A stretch of 64,000 nucleotides of DNA. Source: Lingula anatina. Lineage: Eukaryota > Animalia > Brachiopoda. The first letter of the stretch is position 1. Each line of letters begins with the position of its first letter. The stretch covers positions 15,376,001 to 15,440,000 of the forward strand of contig CM120641.1 in NCBI GenBank assembly GCA_051362555.1, written 5' to 3'. The notes below the pieces were generated by a model. The model saw only the letters and a program-made list of their open reading frames with translations, was not told the DNA's origin and did no database searches. Below are positions 1 through 59,079 of this stretch, piece by piece. A program made the position numbers and the translations under genes.

Positions 1-3000
1 ACAGGAAGAAGCAGGATGACAAGAGGCATTCCAGCAGGCCACTGTTTGGAAAAGGATGGTCTTAGAAATATTTAGCCTACTTTTACCGAATTCCTTCTGA
101 CTAAAACAATATATAACATGTACCAAATAAGGCAAAATTCCATCTTTTCTATGCATACTTGAAAATGTTTTCAAACCAAAGAAGTTTACAGCCTTACAAC
201 TTCAGAAGCACATATGCCTCTGCACCTGTTTTTTTTCTTTTTTTAATGTAACCAATTATCAGTCCCATGAACTCTGTATCAATAGCTAAATTTCTTTTAA
301 AAGTTTTGCCTTATTCTTATCTTTCAAAGCTGTGTGAGTAATGAAAAGAGAGAGAGAGGATGACAAAACACATTCCAGCAGGTCGCTGTGTTGTAAAGGA
401 TAGTCTTGGAAATATTTAACCTTGCCCCCATCCCCCTCAAAATTACCTTTCACTAAAATCAACCAAATCAATCTACAGCTAAAGGGAATTGTTGACACTG
501 TAAAAGAGCAAGAAAAAATATAGGTACACTAGTATTAGGGATGCCCCAAAATTCTCAAGGTTTGTTAGTCACAAGTTTGTTGGTCCAAAAGTTAACCTAA
601 GACATTGTTCTGTCTGCATCACTTTTCATAACATTTTTGCTTTGAATATTTTTATGTCTAATTTCTTCTGCACCTTGGACCTAGTGAACCTCAAAACAAA
701 TATTTAAGTTTGAAACCAGTGAACTTTCTGACTAAAAAAAAACAATAAAGACTAACAACATGCACACAAAATGTTAACAACTAAGCTTCTTGAAAATATA
801 AATTATCAGTTGTAAAAAGTGTTGAGCTTGAGACCAGATATTAAAAGTAAAAAATGGGCTTGAATTTGGGCATGAATTAAAAGGATCTATTGGATAATAC
901 AGTGTTTTAGATTAATGAAATATGCAAATGAATCTGAAGTTCAGCATAACAGATATGCATGTTTTAAAATACAATCAAGATCTCATTTAGTATTTAGTGC
1001 CTGTAGTCCATTAGTTTAGGCAAGTCTCAGGCCTCAGTTGTGCTCTTCTTAGATATGCTAGGCCCCCATTTAAAAACAAAACTAGTTTTGGTAACTAAAA
1101 AAAACTTTAGTCAGACATTCAGTTTGCACTTTAATGCCATCACTTAGGAGTAAAATAGGAAATCTAGCGCAGGTATTTTAAGCCTGCACGCTATCTGAAT
1201 TTTGAAATGTCAAACGGCAACATTTGCATTTTTCACTGCCAGCTATATGCAAGAATTCATATAATAAAGCCTGTGATAAATATTCAAATGAACTCCATAT
1301 TGCCTAGGCTCTAAACAACTTTACAGGCAGACATCCTTCATTGACGTTCACTCTTGATCAAAATAACCTCTTCTTCTCTGTGTTGCATAAAACAGTAATG
1401 ATTTCTTGAATAACTCAATGGAAAGTGTTGTAAACAGCAGCCGGCCGGCCCCAGGCCAGCGTGTATGCCGAGCCGGATGTCAAACTCTTGAAATGATGGC
1501 CGGTGAAAATATAACCAGAAATGAAAGCACTTATATCCCCCGATGACGCTAGAAATCTATCACACTTCTAAAAAATAACTCACCCTGTAAGGTAGCCTAC
1601 TAGGTAAAATTGATCAACCTCCTTCTTTCTGATAAATTCCGACAGTGCTGGAATCGTGAGATCCTCTCAACTGCAGGCCGAGTGAGCGAGCTTGATGCTG
1701 TGAGTGATCTGTGACAGCAAGGTACGATGCTGTTGTGTCACTTGGCCTTCCACTCACTTAGTCTGCCTCCCGCCTGTGATTAATTCCTTCACTGTCTCTT
1801 GCAGCTGTAATGAGATAGGCTGGTTTCACAGGCGAGACTGGTAGATAAAGACAACGGATGATCTCGCTGCACGACATATGGAGCATGACGTCTATTTACC
1901 GCCCATTTCTTTATATTTGCCCCGTCCAATTATCTGGATGTTTGACCTGTTTGATATTTGGACGAGGGTGATTTTGTGCAATGATGATATATTCACGTAC
2001 GAGGATCCGTTTAGATAATTCAACTTGTAAAATGTTCATCGTCTAATTCAATAACCATTGCTCAGAAGCAAAGGGGAGATCTGTTTTCTCTCAATACAAA
2101 AGGGAATTTGTGAGTGATAACCATTCACACTAAAATATGCAGTGTCAGAAACATTACAAATCCATTCGCTTAAAATGTTATCACACAAGGAGGCGTATAC
2201 TGGTAGATAAAAAATGGTGATATATTAGTTAAAAACATATATTCCGAAATGCGTTTGGATGTGGTGTTCATAATAAATGAATCGGGTGAAGCCGACATTG
2301 AACAAAAAAAGTGCCGGAAACGAGAAAAAAAAAGCCCTGTATATAATGAACGATTCGCACACTTTCTTTTTTGGTACCCGATCCAATGTGCTCACTAAAA
2401 AAAGGGAAAATTCGTACAAAATCCGAGGGTAAAATATTAATTTTGTCTTAATTTTGGTTTATACATATATAGTGATAAAAATCAAGAAATTTGGCACTTT
2501 GAAATACAACAGAATGCCGAACATCAAAGTCACTCTTTTCTTATCTGATTATGACTGCTCTATTGTGGGATGTCTTCCCCTTCTAAGCGAAGGACATTAA
2601 ATTTTCTCCATTTTACAACAACGTCATGCAAGGAATTAGAATTAAATATGTAATTTCTTGGGTTATCATATGTTATTCTATAATTACTCTTAAGGGTTGT
2701 AAGGTCTGTAATCTTAATCATTAGACACACGTGCTTGCAAAACATTGCTAGCATTATATCCTTTTTCGCAAAAGTTATTTTAACTGTTGGTTACGGTTTA
2801 TGTTTTAAAATCTATAAAATCTGCCGTTTTGATCAATTTTGTCAAGAAAAATGATGAAATAAATTATCACAGTTGATTATTGAAAGTGTCCAAATAATCC
2901 AAAAGAGAACAAAGAAGTATCAGAAACCCTATTTCCTAGCTAAATTCAACTAAAACGATGTCTTTTTTTTATCTAATTGTCCGTGCAATCAGTTTATCGC

Positions 3001-4153
3001 TCAAGCCTCAACTGATTATCTAAAAATTTTATTGTTAACAAATCGGGTGAGGTGATTTCTTCATGGTAAATAACTTCAGATAGATTATATCAGAATATCA
3101 AACACCCTCCTGTTGTTTTGATAGATGCGATTAGATACTACATGAACACGAACAATATTTTCAATATTCTTTTTTTAACCCCAAGGTGAATAATTTTTGC
3201 TTACAGGTAATGATGCTTTAGGTTAAACGAAATTATAGTCTACTCTCCACAACTGTAATAAAATGAATGGAGAGTGTATATCAGTCAGAAAGAGAGAGAG
3301 AGTCCGTATCTGGTGGCCAAAATGTGACTTGGATGTCAGTATTTGATAAGGAAACGGAGACTGAGGAGTAAGTGTTTTAGGAAACCAGTATCAGATGGTG
3401 CATTGGCTCTTTCCTAAGTACAGATACTGTGAAACCCAAGACATGGCATATACACAAATAAGTCGCTCACTTTGGGGCATCGGCACGTCGTAGATGACTG
3501 CATATTGTAATGGCGACTTGCTCCTTGTTTTCAGAGCAAGCCTAAAGGCCAACATTAAGATTAGAAATGCTGATAGGTGACTAAGATACTTGTTTTGTAT
3601 CTAAAGCTAAAATTACCTGACTGAAGCTTATCAATTACAGAAAAGGACTTGGTGCCCATCTGTCTTTTCATCTTTCCTTTCATGTATGCTTGCCAAGTAT
3701 ATTACACAACACCACCCAGACCAGTCCGTGAATAGAACTGGAATATCATATTCATTTTTTTGTTTGTTTTGTTTTGTAAAATTCTAAATATCAAAGCGCA
3801 ACCAAAGTTCAAAACAAGGTTTGCCAAATACTTTTAAACATGTTAAAAGCACATTACATTAGCTTCCTTTTATTAGTTTAAATTCCACTGCGTTATTTCA
3901 TCATCGCATGACTTTTGTTATGACAGATGCGGTTGATGGATGGTATGTCCTAATATTTCCATATGGTTTTTATTTTAAGGGAATGCGTTAGAAGCGACAG
4001 TCAAGGGCACCCGCATATTTTTCCCAAATAGAATGTGGAAATATCCACTTATGATATTAAAACATTTTTGCATATAAAAAGATGAGACACTACTTCAGAG
4101 CGTCGTCTCGTACACTAGTAGAAAAACACTAACCAATAAGTGACACTCAGAGC

Positions 4154-4327
4154 GGGGGCGTCTCGATAGTCCGAAGGTTCATTGGTCCGAAGGTTCATTG
4201 GTCCGAAAAGTGGTAACATTTTCATCGATTTTTTAATCAAGGGTTCATTGGTCCGAAGGTTCTATAGTGAACATTCGGACCAATGAACCTTCGGACTATT
4301 GAACCTTCGGACTATCGCTACGGCCCC
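4154..4327. mobile_element. Foldback/Mutator-like MITE with modular 17-bp subrepeats
   Basis: Termini GGGGGCGTCTCGATAGTCCGAAGG / CCTTCGGACTATCGCTACGGCCCC; tandem GTCCGAAGGTTCATTG(G) units in both arms; direct repeat CTCAGAGC(G) (8-9 bp TSD) at 4146 and 4328. Confidence 0.85.
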
Positions 4328-6237
4328 CTCAGAGCGAGCACTCAACCCCGTCAAGAAAAGAGACAGTGAGATGGAGAGGGGGTAAAGAAAGAGATAAGGG
4401 AGCATCTTCAACTTGAACCAGGTTTACTACAATGAAGTTTAACTTAATTAAAAACAACGCTTCATTGTACCACCCCGCTATGTTATCTCCCAGCACTAAA
4501 GTAAGCACTAAAAGCGCGTGGTGGGTAATGGACCTGTCGGCACGCTCTGGTCACCCCATGATGTCAGCTATTGGGCGCATTCCTAATGAAAATATCGTTC
4601 TATGTAGATCGGCCCAACTATGCGGGGACTCTCCCTGAATGCAAACAGATAAACGCGCCACCGCCTGATTTACCAAGCTTAAACACCAGCCTTTCTGCAT
4701 TCTACTCAACGCCAAGAGGAGGCGTGTTGACTACCATCTATTAACCCACCCACCTCATGTTTTTGCCTCGACTTACCATCTTGTTTAGATTTAGTAGAGA
4801 TACATGTACGCCGGTATGGTAATGACTTTTGGAATTATTTAGCTGAAAAATGGCTAACATGTATCCACTCATTGCTTGGTTGACGAAAGTGCCTACAGTT
4901 TATTTTAAAATAAATGTAGTTCAGTTGCATGTGAGGTGTGTTTTGAATAACTTCTAGAGAAAATCGACCGTGCCTCTCCTTCCAACCAGCCAAATCGTCA
5001 GTGTCTATCATTTACACAGCTAATCTCATGTTTGAACAAGGATATTATAGACTACATTTTATCAAATAACACTTACTGAATAAATGATAAATAAATAAAT
5101 AAATACTTTTTTCTTGCAGTGGAGTTTCGTTATATCCGTCAACGAAATGGGATGAATATTGACAGTGAAAAAGGTAACTTGGATTTTCGGGACAACGCTT
5201 GATTTCGCCGGCAAACAATACCTATGATTCAACAATTATATTTTCATTACCGAACAATGTCTAATAAAAGAAGAAAAAGAAATGAAATAAATAAATTCAT
5301 CTTTTGCAAGCAGTATACATGTTTTTCATAGTTTAAAATTGATATCCGAATATTTAGGCTGGTTATGACGTTTTTGTTTCGATTTAAAATTAAAAATGAC
5401 TCATTTGAATATAAACCTTGATTGTGACAGTACAGAGTAACGCAACTTGATTAAGTAGCGCAAGTTAATTCCCATTTAAAAATATTTCTATTGTTTAAAT
5501 ACGGTTTATAAATTTGTCAAATAAAAAACCCTCCAAATATCAAGACCAAACGACATGCAAGATTAAATGAGACACCAGGTTTTTGCCATAGTTTGCCCAA
5601 GGCAAAGTGATGTCAAGTGTGTTGAACCGAGTGTGTTGAAGATTCGATTGGTTTCAAAGCATCGATTTCCTGGAGTTATTCTTAGAGCTCGTTTACGTCC
5701 CAGTTGTAACGGCCTAAGTATTTTTCCGTCTTCTCAACAGAATATGTGACCAAGACTGGACTGAAACCAAAACTTAATGCTTGATCAGCTGCTTTGACCC
5801 GTTATGTTGGTTAATGAAGGCGCAGGTTATGAGAAGAATATTCAGTTATACAACAAGGATGAGAAAAATTACCAGGAAAACTAACTCTGAAATCACGCTC
5901 ATGATTCCATTGATATTTCCACCTTGGAGTTAGGTCATGTGTAGATGTTTCCTTCCAATAAAAGATGAAGAATATCTATAAAACATATGTTATTTTACAT
6001 AATTTACAAGCTTCAATTTCCCATTAGGCTTCCAAAAGAATGCAAACGCATTTAAGATGATATTTATGATATTTCGCATCTTCTCTGAATGACCTCTCTG
6101 TGCAAGGAAAAACGCATCGAGTTTTCACATCTAACACAATGTCAAATGATATGCAGGGCTTTAGCTGGTTGTATCTCAGGTGGAGCTTCAAATCAAAAGG
6201 CGGGGCTTCCAAGAACTGAGCAGCCTCAAAAATATTA

Positions 6238-6239
6238 TG

Positions 6240-6280
<41 letters not shown>
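6238..6280. repeat. (TAA)n microsatellite
   Basis: Direct reading. Confidence 0.95.
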
Positions 6281-6281
<1 letters not shown>

Positions 6282-6515
6282 TGGGGGTGGGGCAGCTTAT
6301 ACATATATTAAAGCAAAAAGGCAGAAATCAGATTTGAACTTTGATATGTGCACACCAAAAGTACTTTCCTGCTAAACAAAATCTGAGTATACGCGTTGTA
6401 ATTTTCTAAAAACAAGGCAAATTTTGTTTGCTTTGTTCAAAGCATTTTAAACTTCATAAAAGTAATTTAGGACTGCTTCTATAGACATATATGACAGCTA
6501 TGCATCATTGTGAGA

Positions 6516-6517
<2 letters not shown>

Positions 6518-6572
<55 letters not shown>

Positions 6573-6573
6573 A
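6518..6573. repeat. (AAAT)n microsatellite
   Basis: Direct reading. Confidence 0.95.
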
Positions 6574-7059
6574 CGAAAAAGAATATAATGAGATCTGAAA
6601 ATCTTTTCTGTTATTATGAATTTATGAAAAAGGTAGACCTTTATTTGACAAAATGCCTAAAGGCAAAAATATCAAAAACATTTTGATATGGTGTTTTGTG
6701 CCAATTAGTTGCCCCTATGCCTTTTGTTAGCATATTTTTTTCCGAAACTAAAGGTACTCATTCACGTTACTCATTTTGTTAGTACTACTTATATGTAGAT
6801 GTTATAAAGCCTTCTATCCATAATGTGCAATACCCTTATCAAATTTTAATTTTTAAAAATTTTTTTTTATTTTTTATTTATTTATTATTATTATTTTTTT
6901 TTTTTTTTTACAAATCCAGCCATTCTGTTTTAGAGTCGAAATCACGTTTTCTCTATTCAGCGAACTATTAGACTATATTTTCCAATTACCGACGCGCCAG
7001 TTTGCCTCGTATAGGCTTGTGCATGGCTAATAACACGATAAACCACCTCTTTTGGCTTC

Positions 7060-7309
7060 ATTTTAGGGTAATGACATAGCTACGTAACCCACCTGGAATG
7101 TGCTCGACCTACTTTCTGTATATTTTGCTTCCGGTTGTCATCGGTCAGTGTATGTAAGGAAGAGGTAAGAAGCAGGTAGGCGGATGTTCTTGGTAAATAC
7201 AATATAAATAAATCTTGAATCAAAATTTGCATTAAAGCTCTTTGGTTTGACAACATAGAGCGCGGGACTGCATTTTCAACTAACGCCCTTATAATTTATA
7301 TGGTTTCAG
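7060..7309 (+). promoter_or_regulatory. Candidate calpain promoter / short 5'-UTR exon and intron
   Basis: CpG-containing segment with ETS-like CTTCCGG (~7128); donors GTAAGG 7154, GTAAGA 7165, GTAGGC 7176; acceptor TTTCAG at 7309, 28 nt before the ATG. Confidence 0.45.
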
Positions 7310-7337
7310 AGCTGGTCAGCTAATTAACCCATCAATC

Positions 7338-54685
<47,348 letters not shown>

Positions 54686-55955
54686 GTGTAACCTGCTGAC
54701 TGCAATTGTAGGAGGAAAAAGATTGGCTGAAGTCAAGTCATAGTATTTTCAGTGGTAGCAGCTTTCTGTACATGGGACTTACAACACCTTAAATTTTTAT
54801 GTCTTTATTACGTGTTATGGACTTCGATATTAGATTACAGAATTTTCTGTGAATCTAGGGTTCAACTGCATGATGATTTACAGTTTTGAAAAAGAATAAT
54901 GGGAATGTGTCTCTTTGACAGTTAGGTGTACCGTATGTAAGTATTTTTGATGAATAGGCAGGGAATATTGCATAGTTAATTTCATATCATTTTCAGTGTT
55001 AACCTGAGACCCCAGTGTAAGACCAATGGTATGGGCTAAAATGACCTATTTTATAAATACGGTCATGTTTTATTTTATTATCCCATACCTTATCACTGAT
55101 TAGATGTTTTTTGCTTACCTTTGTTAGAGATTTTCTTCCTGATACCTTTACATGTTTGGACACATTTTATTCTGTTAATCACACAATGCAACTGTGAAAT
55201 ATTAAAGTGAAATGTTCTTAATACAAACAGCTGGCAGAATTTATATGGATTTTTCATTCAAAGAATTTCCCTTTTGAAAAAAAAAATACTTTTCAGATGG
55301 TAATTTGTACTTGGTATGTATGTTCTGTGTGATCTTTCACAGTCAGCTGCTTCACATTTCACTGGTGAAACTGTTCTAGTCCTGTCTGCAACTTGCAAAC
55401 ATTTGGAAGACAAACTAATATTTGCAACATCGAGGAAATAGGTGAAATTCTCTGGATATTCTGACTTTTTTGGGAATATTCATCTGACAGCATATAAAGA
55501 GCTCTGTTTTCTTATTCTCTTGATTATCCTGCAGCTATTAGATTTTGTGACTTCACATTGTCCTCAGATCATGTTTATCAAAAGTGGTCTAGATCTGTGA
55601 TTTGTGCAGTTTGACCCATATGCTTTCTGAGTATATGACAAATAATAATATTTATGCTATAGCCACAATATTGCCTGGTATTAAAGATCTTTTGAAATAC
55701 TTATATATGTACAAAGATATTATTTCTTTATGGCATATTGTTTTTGTCATACAGGTATAGTATAGCTGTTTCCTTATGATCACTAAGGCACATTTTACAC
55801 CTTTGTACCCTTGTTAACATTTTCCTCCATGATGCATCACTGCATAGTGCCACCCAGTGGTTTTAAACATGGAGTGCTTTCAAACTTGTTGCTGACTTCA
55901 CACACACTCAAATGGGTGTGCAGAACAAACAAAATTTTGGAAAAGGCCTTTGTAC

Positions 55956-55961
55956 AATAAA
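55956..55961 (+). terminator. Candidate polyadenylation signal of calpain (a second AATAAA at 57021-57026)
   Basis: AATAAA followed by a T-rich downstream tract, ~1.3 kb after the stop codon. Confidence 0.45.
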
Positions 55962-57110
55962 GAATGTTTCCTAAAAAATTTGATACGCTTTTTTTTTTGT
56001 TCAAGTGAGCAATGTCTTAATATATGAGGGCTTATTTTTCCTTGTTCCTTTAATAGTGAAAGAAACAACTGAAACTGTTTCAGTGTTATTGTTTCTTTTG
56101 AATATGCTACTGGGGGTGCAGACTACAGGAGGTTAGCCACCCCTGTCTGATTGGCTAGTCTAACACACTTGATTACAGTGTACTTCAGGGATATTGTGAA
56201 CATTTTTGTATCATGTGCTTTTTTTTTAAATTTGAACAGTGCTCATTAATTTTTCTCAAGTTATTTTCCTGGGAAATTTGGGTATTAACAGTATTTCACC
56301 TGTTTTAATGTATATAACTACTGATAAATACATACAGCCAACCTTCCACTGTTTGAGTTTTGTTACATTTTGAAAGATTTTTTCATACATTTTCACTTTC
56401 ACATTTCCCCCCACTTGAACCTGTTTTTACCCTTAATATGATTAAATTAGATTGGTATGATTCAAAATAGCTGTCATGTTTGAATTGATAGTTCAAGGTA
56501 TTGTAATCTGGTCAGTGAAGGTAATTTTTTCTCTTGCATCATTTTTGCATAATTTTTATAAAGTGGTATTTTTATATGTGGTGCCTCTAGTTTTTACATG
56601 GAAAGTTATGATTCAACTGTAGTTTGTAAAGAATGTTTACTGCTTTGACTACATAGATGGCTACATAGATTTATTGTGTGCATTTTAACAATTGGTGAAA
56701 CTTGAAATTTTCTCTTATTCCAAGCGTATTGCCTTCCTCTGAAAAACGGACTTTCAAAACAAGATTACCGATTTAAAATTATTAACAATGCATCAACTTG
56801 TTTGCATACATCATGTGAAACTCAACCTTGTGTATGCAGAAGACCCTCATTGTGTGTTGCATTATTTTTGTGGATACTCCATTCGTATACCCTATATTAA
56901 TTATGCTGCTGCTTGTAGCAGCTTTTCCTAGCCAGTTTAGATTTCAAATTTATGTTTAAGAATATCAATTACTACTCCTTTATAAAATTTGTTGTACCCC
57001 AAATATTGTGCTTTTAACATAATAAAGGGTATCTTAAATTCCTGGTGTTACTTATTGTATTATGCAGTTTTTATAAAAATCATTTTGAGACAAAGATTTA
57101 TTTAACCAAT

Positions 57111-57340
57111 AACTAGAAAAGTACTAGGAGAGGCCAACCCTCTGCCAAGGCAGCTAATAAACAAATAATTAACCACTAATTAATCAATGGATTACTTCCA
57201 AACTATAATGACTTTTAAGTTAGCTCATTTCTGACTTATCCTGAAAATTTCATTAAAATCCATATATTATTTTTGAGTTAGGCTGGTGATGAACAAACAG
57301 ACAGACAAATGGAAGTGAAAACTTCCTTGATGGAGGTAAA
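57111..57340 (-). mobile_element. Short Helentron-type (DINE-like) element
   Basis: Minus strand reads TTTACCTCCATCAAGGAAG, then (GTCT/GTTT) microsatellite, then subterminal inverse CCTTGGCAGAGG, ending TTCTAGTT. Confidence 0.6.
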
Positions 57341-59079
57341 TATTTAAAAACAAACAATACTGGGAATCACTGTCAGAGGACAGCAGTTATTTTAAAAATA
57401 GCTTTTAAAAGTGGAGAAAAGTGAAAAAGTTGAAGACTGTATTAAAATGGTGCACAGCTGAAAGATAAAAGCAAGATAAAAATTATTTACTACCTTCAAA
57501 TCTGATTTAGATGCAGCTGTTTGGACATGATTTTGCAGTCACCTGTTGCATCTGGCCCATACTATACTTGTAAATTTAATAACACAGAGTAAGGTCTGCT
57601 GACTTCTGTAACAATTTACTTCTCAACAGTGAAGTCTGACACAAAGAGGGCATGATAAGTCCTATGGTGTGGTATAGTTAATTCCCTTTGAAAAGTCATT
57701 CTTTACAGGTTTCTTTGTCATTGATGCCGTTTGTCCATTTCTGGCATGAATAAAATTAAATAAGTACAACTGATTGAACAATCTTTCACATTCCATTGCT
57801 TTATTTTAAGTATGGGAACAAAGTACAGTGTAGGTTTGTGTTACAGACAAGAAGTACAGAAACAATGTGATGAAAAGTACATAAAGACCCAACTGCATTT
57901 TGATTTTGCTTACTAATTCAACATTACAGTAAACACTTTGATAAGCTCTCTGTACATTTTGCATTAAAACGTAACATAAAAACACAAGGGAACTGTATGT
58001 TATTGGTCTTCTCTATAGACATTGCACAAATAATGGTGATTCATGGAATACAGGATTCAGATTACAGAAAAAAATTGTGAAATGTGAAGCAAATAACGAA
58101 TACTGTTGAAACATCTTCATTGAATTATTTTTAGAAGATGACACACTTATTGCACATACATGTACATGCTTTGTGCACATATAATCTGCATCTTTGATTG
58201 TATGCATGTGATTTGTAAAATAATCACAGGTGTTTCACTGTAAAAGAACACTGGGGATTGGTAATGATGAGTGCATTCACCCGTGTGAAGTGAACTGGTT
58301 CACCAACTTCATTAATTGTGACAAAGGGCACATTTTGTACACACAGTAAACATTTTTTTAATTAATTTTTTCATGTTTTCTAATATCTTCATAACATGAA
58401 AAATTTTCAGATTTTCTGTCATATCTCTTTATATTTTTTGTATTTTGGTTGGTTGACTACATATATCTGAATCCAGTGCAAAAATGAGATTCAGATTATA
58501 ATCAACAAAAATTCATTGTATTATCTATCAAATTGATTTAAAGGAGTTTTCCCCTTTCACAGAAAGCATTTACAGAGACACATTTTAAACCTTAAAAAAT
58601 TTTGACCTGGAATTTATAAAAATTGTTTTGTATGTAAAATAAGTATGATAATTTAAGTTCTAGTATAATTATACGAGAATAATAATTAAAAAATGGATTC
58701 TGTCTTGGAAGAACTGTTTGCTGAAAATGTTTAGTTTAAATCACATGCACGATAACCTACACATTTTTCTACAAATCTGCCACATAATTACTGAGAACAG
58801 CATCTGAAAGGCCATATGTTTTTCCAAAAGTTGTAATGTGTAACAAACATAGGTCTAAGTTCCTTATATAAGATTAATTATTTCCTAACATTATCTCTAT
58901 TCAACCAGTTGAATACCCTGGGCGGATTTTCGCCCTCAGTATCACAGACTAAAATGAGATCCCCTAGACGTACAAAAAAATAAATTAAGTTTAGGAGCTT
59001 TTCCTGTCTCAATGCTCCTGTGCTCTAACTAAGTGTCCTAATACCCTAAAGTCTGTGTCAAATCTTTAATTTCATCAAT

